DNA of 50,845 nucleotides, taken from contig JADGNU010000003.1 of NCBI GenBank assembly GCA_017883305.1, positions 1-50,845 on the forward strand, written 5' to 3'. The stretch is from Candidatus Aminicenantes bacterium (GTDB lineage Bacteria; Acidobacteriota; Aminicenantia; Aminicenantales; Saccharicenantaceae). Numbering within the stretch: the first letter of the stretch is position 1; each line of letters begins with the position of its first letter. Below, piece by piece: positions 19,686 to 29,297 of the stretch. The notes under the pieces were generated by a model. That model saw only the letters and a program-made list of their open reading frames with translations, ran no database searches and was not told where the DNA came from. The translations under genes and the position numbers were made by a program.

Positions 19686-19702
19686 GGAATGTCTCGCCCC
19701 TA

Positions 19703-20959
19703 TTATAGGACCTTTCCCGGCGTCGGGGCGAGCGTTTTTCTCACCAGGTCGAGCGCCTTTTGCGAGGACTGGAACTTGACTTGGGCCCGGCCGCCGAAAA
19801 AGAGGTTGCGCAGAACCTTCGTTCCGCGGCCGCGGGCAATGGCGGCATAGACGAGCCCGACCGGCTTGCGGGGAGTCCCGCCCCCGGGGCCGGCGATGCC
19901 GGTGACGGCGATGCCGATGTCGGCTCCAGAAGTCTTGCGGATGCCGAGGGCCATGGCCCTCGCGACTTGGGCGCTGACGGCGCCATGCTTTTCGATGAGC
20001 GCCGCCGGGACGCCCAGCCGCCGGGTCTTGGCCCGGTTGCTGTAGACGACCGCGGATTCCAGAAAATAGTCCGAGCTCCCCGGCACGTCGGTCAGACGGT
20101 GCCCGAGGAGGCCGCCGCTGCAGGATTCGGCGCAGGCGATGGTCATCGATCGGTCCCTGAGCAGCGCCCCGACGATCTCTTCGAGACTCTCGCCGTTGCG
20201 GGAGTAGATCCACGGTCCAAGCGCCTTGCCGATCATCCCCTCGAGCCCGTCGAGGAGCGCCACGGCCGCCAAGCGGGAGATCTTGCCGGACATGGTCAGT
20301 CGGATCGAGAGGTCTCCGGGGCTGGCCAGGGTCGTTATCGTCACGCCGGCGGGCGCGGCGGCGTAGACGTCCTTGAGCCGCGTCTCCATCGCCGATTCTC
20401 CGAGCCCGGTCAACCGGATGATCCGCCGGACCGTCAGCCCCCGCCCGGACCCGGTCAGCCGGGGCAGGACCTGGCTCTCGAACATGGGCAGGATCTCCTG
20501 GGGAGGGCCCGGGAGAAGCACGATCGTGTATCGCTTGGTCTCCAACCACAGGCCGGGCGCGGTGCCGTTTGGGTTGTCCAGGATCTCGGCCCCTTCGGGG
20601 ACATAACACTGCTTGAGGTTCGAGGCGGACATGGGCAGGCCGCGGCGCTTGAACCTTTCCCGGACGCGGGCCCGGATCTCTTTATGGAAGACGAGCTTCC
20701 GCCGCAGGATTTTAGCCAGCGTCTCGCGCGTCCGATCGTCCTCGGTGGGACCGAGTCCGCCCATGCAGAGGACAAGGCGGGAGCGGCCGAGGGCGGTCCG
20801 GAGGACGCGGGTCAGGTCTCGCTCGTCATCACCGACGATCGTTTTAAAGGAGACTTTGAGACCTATCGAATTCAGGCCGGCGGTCAGGCGCAGCGAATTG
20901 GTGTCCTGGAAATCCGGCGTCAGGAGCTCCGTGCCGACGGCGATGATCTCGACCTTCAT
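19703..20959 (-). CDS. cinA: Competence/damage-inducible protein A (MocF-like domain plus NMN deamidase)
   Basis: Motifs VGTELL, DTNS, GGLGPTEDDRT, GTAPG, LPGPP, AESCSGG, HGAVS, TGIAGPGG, KPVG. Confidence 0.94.
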   Translation of the reverse strand: MKVEIIAVGTELLTPDFQDTNSLRLTAGLNSIGLKVSFKTIVGDDERDLTRVLRTALGRSRLVLCMGGLGPTEDDRTRETLAKILRRKLVFHKEIRARVRERFKRRGLPMSASNLKQCYVPEGAEILDNPNGTAPGLWLETKRYTIVLLPGPPQEILPMFESQVLPRLTGSGRGLTVRRIIRLTGLGESAMETRLKDVYAAAPAGVTITTLASPGDLSIRLTMSGKISRLAAVALLDGLEGMIGKALGPWIYSRNGESLEEIVGALLRDRSMTIACAESCSGGLLGHRLTDVPGSSDYFLESAVVYSNRAKTRRLGVPAALIEKHGAVSAQVARAMALGIRKTSGADIGIAVTGIAGPGGGTPRKPVGLVYAAIARGRGTKVLRNLFFGGRAQVKFQSSQKALDLVRKTLAPTPGKVL

Positions 20960-20972
20960 GGTCCTCCGGGCC

Positions 20973-21422
20973 TCAGAAGAAAAGTAGGGCCAGGCGTGTT
21001 AGGGCGGCCGCGACGAGCCCGGCGGCGACGTCGTCGGCCATGATGCCCCACCCGCCCGGCAGGCTTTCGAGCCTGCGGATCGGCCAGGGCTTGATGATAT
21101 CAAAAAAACGGAAGAGGGCGAAAGAGATGCCGACGGGGACCCAGCCGCCCGGCAGGAAAGCGAGGGCGATGAGTTGCCCGCAGATCTCGTCGACGACGAT
21201 GCGGCCGGGGTCGGGACGCCCGAGATCCGAAGCGTAGCGGCCGGCGGCCGCCGTCCCGGCGAAGAAGAGAAGGCCAACCAGCACCACATAGAGCGGCCAG
21301 GCCAATCGGTGAAGGCCGAGCAGGTATCCGATCGCCGCCGCGGCGCTGGCCGCGGTCCCGGGCGCAAGCGGAACGAGGCCGAGGCCGAAGAACGTGGCCA
21401 GGACGCGAGAAAGGGACTTCAT
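20973..21422 (-). CDS. pgpA: Phosphatidylglycerophosphatase A
   Basis: Motifs APGT, DPGRIVVDEICG, FRFFDIIKPWPI, GIMADDVAAG. Confidence 0.93.
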   Translation of the reverse strand: MKSLSRVLATFFGLGLVPLAPGTAASAAAAIGYLLGLHRLAWPLYVVLVGLLFFAGTAAAGRYASDLGRPDPGRIVVDEICGQLIALAFLPGGWVPVGISFALFRFFDIIKPWPIRRLESLPGGWGIMADDVAAGLVAAALTRLALLFF

Positions 21423-22780
21423 GGGACAAGTCTCCCCGCGAGATCGTAGGCGTCGGCCGATTCGATGCGGACCGTGACGAGGGGCGACGGCGGTTCCATC
21501 AGGCCGGGGGGGAGCGTGAAATGAACGACCCCGTCGACCTCGGGGGCCTGAAAACGGCCCCGGCCGGTCCAGAACCCAAGCGTGCCGGGTTCGGGCCCCT
21601 CGATAATGACGTCGATCGCCTGTCCTACGCGGCTCCGGTTATGGGCGAGGGAGATCTCCGCCTGGAGGATCATGATCTCGCGTCTCCGGTCTTCCTTCTC
21701 TTCGCCGGAAACCGTCTCCGGGAGGGCGCACGCGGCTGTGTCTTTCTCCGGCGAATAGGCGAAGACGCCCAGGTGGTCGAACCGCGCCTCTTGGATGAAG
21801 CGCTTCAAGGCGGCGAATTCCTTCTTCCCCTCGCCCGGGAAGCCGACGATAAGCGAGGTCCGGATGGCCGCGCCCGGCAGTCGGCTCCGGATGCGATCGA
21901 CGAGACGGATGGCCCGGGGGGCGTCGAGGCCCCGTTTCATGGCCCTGAGGAGGACCGGGTCGGCGTGCTGAAAGGGGATATCGAAGTAGCGGCAGATCTT
22001 CGGACCGGCCATGACGTCGAGGAGGGGCCCCGTGATCTCCTCAGGGTAGCCGTAGAGGAATCGTATCCATTCGAGGCCCGGGACCTGGGCCAGCCGCTCG
22101 AGCAAACCGGCCAGCCCTTCGCGCAGGCCGCGATCGCGGCCGAACCAGGTCGTGTCGTGCGAGATAAGGTCGATCTCCTTGACGCCCAGCCCGGCGAGCG
22201 TGCGGGCCTCGCGGAAGATAGAGGCGGCGCTCCGGGAGATATAAGGCCCTTTGATCGAGGGAATGGCGCAGAAACCGCAGCGGTGGGAGCAGCCCTCCGA
22301 GATCTTGACGTAAGCCCAGGTCCCCGGCGTGGAGACGAGGCGCGGCGACGCATCTGAATACAGGAACGTCCTGTCGGCGCCGCTCTTGGGGCGGCCCTCA
22401 ACGATCGCGGCGATCTCGTCAAAGCTCCGGACCCCGGTCCAGGCGTCGACCTCGGGGAACTTGGCCCGAAGCCCGGCGCTGTCTCTCTCGACGTAGCAGC
22501 CGGCGGCGACGACCGTCTTGCCCGGGTCCGCCCGCTTGAGCCCAAGGACGGACACGATCGCTTCCTCGGCCTCGTCCCGGGCCGGCCCGATGAAACCGCA
22601 GGTGTTGATGATGATGATATCCGCCTCTTCGGGCCTCGGGACGAACCCGTAGCCGGCCTTCTTGAGCACGCCGAGCATGACTTCGCTGTCGACGAGGTTC
22701 TTGGCGCAGCCGAGGCTGACGAGAGCGACTTTCTTTTTGGCCCGCCGGACGCCCGGGGCGCCGCGCGTCGGCCGGGTCAA
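21419..22780 (-). CDS. rimO: Ribosomal protein S12 methylthiotransferase (start uncertain; TTG 22780 overlaps the asnS stop)
   Basis: Motifs [19 protein letters not shown], radical [23 protein letters not shown], and TRAM-region APEVDG. Confidence 0.93.
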   Translation of the reverse strand: MTRPTRGAPGVRRAKKKVALVSLGCAKNLVDSEVMLGVLKKAGYGFVPRPEEADIIIINTCGFIGPARDEAEEAIVSVLGLKRADPGKTVVAAGCYVERDSAGLRAKFPEVDAWTGVRSFDEIAAIVEGRPKSGADRTFLYSDASPRLVSTPGTWAYVKISEGCSHRCGFCAIPSIKGPYISRSAASIFREARTLAGLGVKEIDLISHDTTWFGRDRGLREGLAGLLERLAQVPGLEWIRFLYGYPEEITGPLLDVMAGPKICRYFDIPFQHADPVLLRAMKRGLDAPRAIRLVDRIRSRLPGAAIRTSLIVGFPGEGKKEFAALKRFIQEARFDHLGVFAYSPEKDTAACALPETVSGEEKEDRRREIMILQAEISLAHNRSRVGQAIDVIIEGPEPGTLGFWTGRGRFQAPEVDGVVHFTLPPGLMEPPSPLVTVRIESADAYDLAGRLVP

Positions 22781-24069
22781 GGATAGATCCTGTAGAGGAG
22801 CCGGGGGAAGGGGATCGTCTCGCGGATGTGCTTGATGCCGCAGATCCAGGAAACCATGCGCTCGAGGCCCATGCCGAAGCCCGAGTGGGGCACGCTCCCG
22901 TACTTGCGGAGATCGAGATACCACTCGTAGGCCTCGCGCGGCAGCTTCTGCTCTTCGAGCCGCTTTTCGAGCAGGGCCAGGTCGTGGATGCGCTGGCCCC
23001 CGCCGATGACCTCGCCGTAGCCTTCCGAGGCCAGGAAATCGACGCCGAGGACGACGTCGGGATTCTCCGGGGCCGGCTGCATGTAAAAGGCCTTGATGAC
23101 CGTCGGGAAGTGCGTAACGCAGACCGGGGAGGTGTAGAGCTCGGAGATGATCGTCTCTTCGGGCGCGCCGAAATCGCCGCCCCACTCGATCGTCGATCCC
23201 TTCCCGCGGAGGATCGGCACGGCTTCGTCGTAGGTCAGGCGGGGGAAGGGCTTCTTAATGGCCTCGAGGGGCTTGGGGTCGCGCTCGAGGGTCTCGAGCT
23301 CGATCCGCCGCTTGGTCAGGACCCGCTCCATGATGAACAGGATGAGGTCCTCGCCGAGCCCGATGATGTCCTGGAGGGTGGCGAAGGCGACCTCGGGTTC
23401 GACCATCCAGAACTCGATGAGATGGCGGCGCGTCTTCGATTTCTCGGCCCGGAACGTCGGCCCGAAACAGTAGACCTTGCCGAAAGCCATGGCCGTCGCC
23501 TCGTTGTAGAGCTGGCCGCTCTGGCTGAGGTAGGCCTTCTGGTCGAAGTACTGGGTTTCGAAGAGCGTCGTCGTGCCCTCGCAGGCGCTCGGCGTCAGGA
23601 TCGGCGTGTCCATCAGCCGGAAGCCCCGGCCGTCGAAGAAGTCTCGGATGGCCTTGACGACCTCGGCCCGGACGCGCAGGATGGCGTGCTGCTTCGAGGA
23701 TCGCAGCCAGAGGTGGCGATGCTCCATCAGGAACGGGGTGCTGTGCTCCTTGAGGGTGATGGGATATTCCTCGGCCACTTGGATGACCTCGAGCTCGGCC
23801 ATGGACAGCTCGTAGCCGCCCGGGGCGCGCGTGTCGGCGCGGACCCGGCCCCGAACGATAAGGGAAGATTCCTGGGTCAGGCGGTCGAACTGCTGGAAGA
23901 GAAGAGAGTCCTTCTCGGCGCTAAAGGCCGTCGCTTGGATGATGCCCGTACCGTCGCGGACGAGGAGGAAGCGGACCTTGCCCGAAGAGCGCTTGTTGTA
24001 GACCCAGCCGCGGATCTCGACGTCCTGCCCATCGTGGGCGGCGATGTCTTCGATATAAACCCAATCCAT
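22777..24069 (-). CDS. asnS: Asparagine-tRNA ligase
   Basis: OB-fold GWV..KRSSGK; HRHLWLR; ACEG; YLSQSGQLY; [17 protein letters not shown]; KAFYM; GGGQR; [11 protein letters not shown]. Confidence 0.95.
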   Translation of the reverse strand: MDWVYIEDIAAHDGQDVEIRGWVYNKRSSGKVRFLLVRDGTGIIQATAFSAEKDSLLFQQFDRLTQESSLIVRGRVRADTRAPGGYELSMAELEVIQVAEEYPITLKEHSTPFLMEHRHLWLRSSKQHAILRVRAEVVKAIRDFFDGRGFRLMDTPILTPSACEGTTTLFETQYFDQKAYLSQSGQLYNEATAMAFGKVYCFGPTFRAEKSKTRRHLIEFWMVEPEVAFATLQDIIGLGEDLILFIMERVLTKRRIELETLERDPKPLEAIKKPFPRLTYDEAVPILRGKGSTIEWGGDFGAPEETIISELYTSPVCVTHFPTVIKAFYMQPAPENPDVVLGVDFLASEGYGEVIGGGQRIHDLALLEKRLEEQKLPREAYEWYLDLRKYGSVPHSGFGMGLERMVSWICGIKHIRETIPFPRLLYRIYP

Positions 24070-24078
24070 AATGCGCTC

Positions 24079-24107
24079 ATTATAAGCAAATTCGAATTCA
24101 GGCGCAA
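24079..24107 (-). promoter_or_regulatory. Sigma70 promoter for the asnS operon
   Basis: Minus strand TTGCGC-N17-TATAAT, ending 9 nt before the asnS ATG. Confidence 0.65.
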
Positions 24108-24127
24108 TCGCCTTGCATGGTTTCCGC

Positions 24128-24155
24128 TTGTACATCGCATACAGTGCGATATACT
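24128..24155 (+). promoter_or_regulatory. Sigma70 promoter for the DUF4416 gene (divergent from asnS)
   Basis: TTGTAC-N16-TATACT, ending 11 nt before ATG 24167. Confidence 0.55.
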
Positions 24156-24166
24156 TATTGGACGAA

Positions 24167-24709
24167 ATGGCTCAGCCGAAAGAGTTCGCACCGGTCAAGC
24201 TGATTTGCGGCCTGATCTATAAAGAGGATGCGCTTTACGGCGAGGTCCGGCGGCGGCTCGAGGCGGAGTGGGGGAGGGTCGACAGCGAGAGCGCGCCCTT
24301 CCCGTTCGACCTGACCGACTATTATGAAGCCGAGATGGGTCCGGGGCTCGTTCGGCGATTCATGAGCTTCGAGACCCTCATCGCGCCGGAGTCGCTGCCG
24401 GAGAGAAAGATCCGGGCGATCGAGATCGAGGAAGCGCTCCGGCGGGAGCACGGGGCCCGGGGCCGTCCGGTCAACATCGACCCCGGCTACCTCTCCGCTT
24501 CGGCGCTCGTCATGGCCACGGCCAAGGATTTCGCCCACCGCATCCCCCTGGGGAGGGGCATCTTCGCCCATCTCGAATTCCTGTTCACTAAGACAAGCGT
24601 CAAGGCGCTCGAGTGGACTTATCCCGATCTGAGGCGAGAGCCTCCGCAGGCGTATTTCCGGTCGGTCAGGGAGATCTTTCTTCGGGGGATCCGCGAACGG
24701 CCGGATTAA
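24167..24709 (+). CDS. DUF4416-family protein
   Basis: Motifs [39 protein letters not shown]. Confidence 0.85.
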   Translation: MAQPKEFAPVKLICGLIYKEDALYGEVRRRLEAEWGRVDSESAPFPFDLTDYYEAEMGPGLVRRFMSFETLIAPESLPERKIRAIEIEEALRREHGARGRPVNIDPGYLSASALVMATAKDFAHRIPLGRGIFAHLEFLFTKTSVKALEWTYPDLRREPPQAYFRSVREIFLRGIRERPD

Positions 24710-24718
24710 CCCCCGGGC

Positions 24719-25873
<1,155 letters not shown>

Positions 25874-25900
25874 GCCGGTATTCTAACAGAACCCGGGCAT

Positions 25901-25936
25901 AAAAAAAGAGGGCAGCCCCGGTCGGGGACGGCCCTC
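25901..25936 (-). terminator. Rho-independent terminator after serA
   Basis: Minus strand GAGGGCCGTCCCCGACCGGGGCTGCCCTC hairpin followed by T7. Confidence 0.8.
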
Positions 25937-25950
25937 ATGAATTTCAAAAA

Positions 25951-26850
25951 TCAGGCGAGCTTCTCTTTGAGGATGCGAACGACCTCCAGACCGGCCCGTT
26001 GCTGGCCCTCGGCGGCCGCGGCGCCGAGATGCGGGATGGGGATGACGTTCGGATGGTCGACGAGCGAGAAGTCCTCAGGGGGCTCCTTGTCGAAGACGTC
26101 GAGCGCCGCCGCCCGGACCTTGCCGGAGTTGAGGGCGCCGAGCAGGGCCTTCTCGTCGACGACGCCGCCGCGGGCGACATTGATGATGATGACGCCGGTC
26201 TTCATCTTGGCGAACTCGGCCTCGCCCAGGATGGGCTTGGCCTGTTTGGGAACGTGGAGGGTGATGAGGTCGGCTGCCGCCAGGAGCTCGTCGAGTGGAA
26301 CTTGCTTGATCGCCAGGTCGGTCTTGACCACGATGGGGTCGTAGCAGACGACGGTCATGCCGAAAGCCAGGGCCCGTTTCGCGACTTCGAGCCCGATCCG
26401 GCCGCAGCCGATGATGCCCAGGGTCTTGCCGAAGAGCTCCGTGCCCTCGAGCGATTTCTTGTCCCATTTGTGGGCCTTCATCGAAAGGACCGCCTTGGCG
26501 TGATTGCGGACCGCGCCGAGCATGAGCCCGAAGGTGTGCTCGGCGACGGTGATCGACGTGGCCGCGGGGGTGTTGGCGACGAAGATGCCCTTTTCCTTGG
26601 CCGCGTCGCGATCGATGTTATCGAGGCCGATGCCGGCCCGGACGAGGACCTTGAGGTCCTTGCCCGCCTCGATCACCGGGCGGGTGATCCGCGAGGCGCT
26701 GCGCACGACGACGGCGCTGGTGCCGGGGACGGCCTGGATGAGCTCGGCCTCGCTCATGCCTTTATTGACGGTGACTTCGAATCCGGGGATGGACTTGAGC
26801 AGCTCGAGGGCGGCCTTGTCCATCCCGTCGGCGATGAGGATCTTGGTCAT
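25951..26850 (-). CDS. serA: D-3-phosphoglycerate dehydrogenase-like 2-hydroxyacid dehydrogenase (short form, no ACT domain)
   Basis: Motifs VRSAS, RAGIGLDNID, VAEH, GCGRIG, NVARGG, DVFDKEP, PHLGA. 299 aa; ATGA overlap with the upstream aminotransferase. Confidence 0.82.
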   Translation of the reverse strand: MTKILIADGMDKAALELLKSIPGFEVTVNKGMSEAELIQAVPGTSAVVVRSASRITRPVIEAGKDLKVLVRAGIGLDNIDRDAAKEKGIFVANTPAATSITVAEHTFGLMLGAVRNHAKAVLSMKAHKWDKKSLEGTELFGKTLGIIGCGRIGLEVAKRALAFGMTVVCYDPIVVKTDLAIKQVPLDELLAAADLITLHVPKQAKPILGEAEFAKMKTGVIIINVARGGVVDEKALLGALNSGKVRAAALDVFDKEPPEDFSLVDHPNVIPIPHLGAAAAEGQQRAGLEVVRILKEKLA

Positions 26851-27995
26851 TGCCAGTTCTCCTTGAGGATGGCCTGGGCCGCCGTGATCCCGGCGCCGGC
26901 CTGGAACTTGTAGCCGAGGTCCATGAGGGTCATTTCGAGGGCCGACAAGGCGGTGATGATGTCGAAGCCGCCCATGTAGCCGAGGTGAGCGATGCGGAAG
27001 ATCTTCCCCTTGTAGGGGTCCTGCCCGCCGGCGATGTAGGCCATGTACTTGCCTTGCATCGTCTTGACCAGCTTGCCGCCCTCGATGCCTTCGGGGACCT
27101 TGCAACAGGTCAGGACGTTGCCGGGCCGCTTCGCCAGCAGCTCGAGACCGAGGGCCTTGACCCCGGCCCGGGTGGCTTCGGCCAGGACGCGATGGTGGGT
27201 GAAGAAGGCCTCCATGCCCATCTTCTTGATGATGTCCAGGGCATGCTTCTGCTGGATGATGAGCGAGACGCCGGGGGTCCAGGGGGTCGTCTTGTCGGCC
27301 AGGTTCTTCTTGGCCTTCTTGAGATCGAAATAGAACTTCGGCAGCTTGGCGTTGGCCGCGGCCGCCCAGGCCTTTTGGCTCAGGGCGATGTAGGCCAGAC
27401 CCGGCGGGATCATGAACGACTTTTGCGAGCCGGACAGAAAGACGTCGAGCTTCCAGTCGTCCATGGGGCAAGGCGTGACGCCGGCCCCGGAGATGCCGTC
27501 GACGATGAGCAGGGCCGGGGTCTTGGCCACGACCTCGCCGAAGCCCTGGATGTCGAACATGGCCCCGGAAGAGGTTTCCGATAATGTGGCGAATACGGCC
27601 TTGCAGTCGGGCATGGCCTTGAGCTCGGCCTCGAGCTCCTCCTTGGAGAAGTCCTTGCCCCACGGGTCGAGGATGATCTCCTTGTAGGTGATGCCGTAGG
27701 CCTTGCAGATGTTGCCCCAGCGTTCGCCGAACTTGCCACCGTTGATCGTCAGGACTTTGTCGCCGGGGCTGAGGAGGTTGACCACGGCGGTTTCCATGGC
27801 CCCCGTCCCGGAGGACGTCAGGACATAGGCGTCTTCCTTGGTGCCGAAGACCTGCTTGATGCCTTCGGTGACCTCCATGAAGATGGCCGAGAACTCGGCG
27901 GTCCGGTGATGGATGATGGGTTCGGCCGCCGACGACAGGGCCCGCTCGGGGACCGGCGTCGGGCCGGGGGAAAGAAGGTAGTACTTTTTGATCAT
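26847..27995 (-). CDS. Class V PLP aminotransferase (alanine-glyoxylate/serine-pyruvate family; probable phosphoserine aminotransferase)
   Basis: Motifs LSPGPTPVP, HHR, SGTGAME, GKFGERW, SETSSG, VDGIS, SGSQKS (PLP Lys), FRIAHLG. Confidence 0.9.
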   Translation of the reverse strand: MIKKYYLLSPGPTPVPERALSSAAEPIIHHRTAEFSAIFMEVTEGIKQVFGTKEDAYVLTSSGTGAMETAVVNLLSPGDKVLTINGGKFGERWGNICKAYGITYKEIILDPWGKDFSKEELEAELKAMPDCKAVFATLSETSSGAMFDIQGFGEVVAKTPALLIVDGISGAGVTPCPMDDWKLDVFLSGSQKSFMIPPGLAYIALSQKAWAAAANAKLPKFYFDLKKAKKNLADKTTPWTPGVSLIIQQKHALDIIKKMGMEAFFTHHRVLAEATRAGVKALGLELLAKRPGNVLTCCKVPEGIEGGKLVKTMQGKYMAYIAGGQDPYKGKIFRIAHLGYMGGFDIITALSALEMTLMDLGYKFQAGAGITAAQAILKENWQ

Positions 27996-28035
27996 GAAGC
28001 GCTCCTTTGGGTTTTTTTTATAATGGAGAGTCGAG

Positions 28036-29166
28036 TCATAGCGTTTTGAGGAGTTCGGTCAGAAGGGCCGTCCGTTCGATGAGCGACGGGACGAGCAGAT
28101 GCTCGTTTTCGGCATGCAGGCCGTCCCCGTCCGGACCGAGGCCGTCGAGGGTCGGGATGCCCATGCCGGCCGCGATCGAGGCGTCCGAGCCGCCGCCGGT
28201 CTTGCCGGCCTTGAGGGTCAGGCCCATCCCGGCCGCGATCTCCTGGGCTTGGGCAAAGACCTTTCCGGAGGCCTTGGTCTTTTCCATCGGCGGCGTCGTG
28301 CTTTCGACCGTGATCCTGATCCGGGCGCCGCGCAGCGCCGGGGCGGACTCCCGCAGGATCTTGAGGACCCGGTCGCGATCGGCGGCCTTCCAGAACCGGA
28401 TGTCCAGAACGGCCCAGGCGCTCTCGGCCACGACGTTCGCTTTCTCGCCGCCCCCCATGAGGCCGACGTTGACGGTGGTCTCTCCCGTCCGCAGACGCCT
28501 GAACCGGGCGATCTGGGCCACCAGCTCCTCGACCGCGCTGACGCCCTTTTCGGGCGTGCCGCCGTGGGCCGACCGCCCGTGGACGTCCATGCGGACGACG
28601 AGCCGGCCCTTGCGCTCGAGCTTCAGGGCCCCGCCGGGAAGCGCCGGTTCAAGACAGAGGACGAGGGAAGCCCTGCGGGCCAGCTTGCGGATGAGATCGG
28701 TCGAGGCCGCACTCCCGGTCTCTTCGGCCGAGTTGACGAAGACCGTGATCTTCTTTTGCGGCTTGACATTGAGACCGTCGAGGGCCCGGAGCGACGCCAG
28801 AAGCATGATCAAGCCGGCCTTCATATCCAGGACGCCGGGTCCATAGAGCCGGTTGCCCTGGACATAGAAGGGCATCTTGGCGATCTTGCCGACGGGCCAG
28901 ACGGTGTCGAGGTGGGTCAGGACGAGGATCTCGTCATCGGCCTCCTTGACATGGCCCGGCGCGAACTCCGCCACGACGAGGTCGCCGGTGTCTTTCTGGG
29001 GATAGGTCGTGACCTTGCAGCCGACCTTCTTGAGCTCTTTCACGGTGAAGGACACGCAGGCATCGACCGCTTTCTTATCATCGGTCGGGGATTCGAGGGC
29101 CACGATCTGCTTTAGCAGATGGACCAGTTCGCCTTGGCGGGAGCGAAAATAGAGACGAAAATCCAT
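28036..29166 (-). CDS. M20 metallopeptidase (glutamate carboxypeptidase/ArgE-like)
   Basis: Motifs HLDTVW, GVLDMKAG, AEETGS, CLEP, GRSAHGG, GGGSD, GLHAENE. SD GGAGG before ATG 29166. Confidence 0.9.
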   Translation of the reverse strand: MDFRLYFRSRQGELVHLLKQIVALESPTDDKKAVDACVSFTVKELKKVGCKVTTYPQKDTGDLVVAEFAPGHVKEADDEILVLTHLDTVWPVGKIAKMPFYVQGNRLYGPGVLDMKAGLIMLLASLRALDGLNVKPQKKITVFVNSAEETGSAASTDLIRKLARRASLVLCLEPALPGGALKLERKGRLVVRMDVHGRSAHGGTPEKGVSAVEELVAQIARFRRLRTGETTVNVGLMGGGEKANVVAESAWAVLDIRFWKAADRDRVLKILRESAPALRGARIRITVESTTPPMEKTKASGKVFAQAQEIAAGMGLTLKAGKTGGGSDASIAAGMGIPTLDGLGPDGDGLHAENEHLLVPSLIERTALLTELLKTL

Positions 29167-29234
29167 TGGTCCCTCCACCCGGATTGGGAACCGTTACTCT
29201 ATCACAATAGGGGGGGAAAAGCACTCCCTTTATC

Positions 29235-29263
29235 TTGATTTGGGGGGTTTTTTACCCTAGAGT
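29235..29263 (+). promoter_or_regulatory. Putative sigma70 promoter for the GH63 gene
   Basis: TTGATT-N17-TAGAGT. Confidence 0.5.
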
Positions 29264-29297
29264 AGACGCGAGGAGGCCGCTTGCGGGATTCCCCGGC

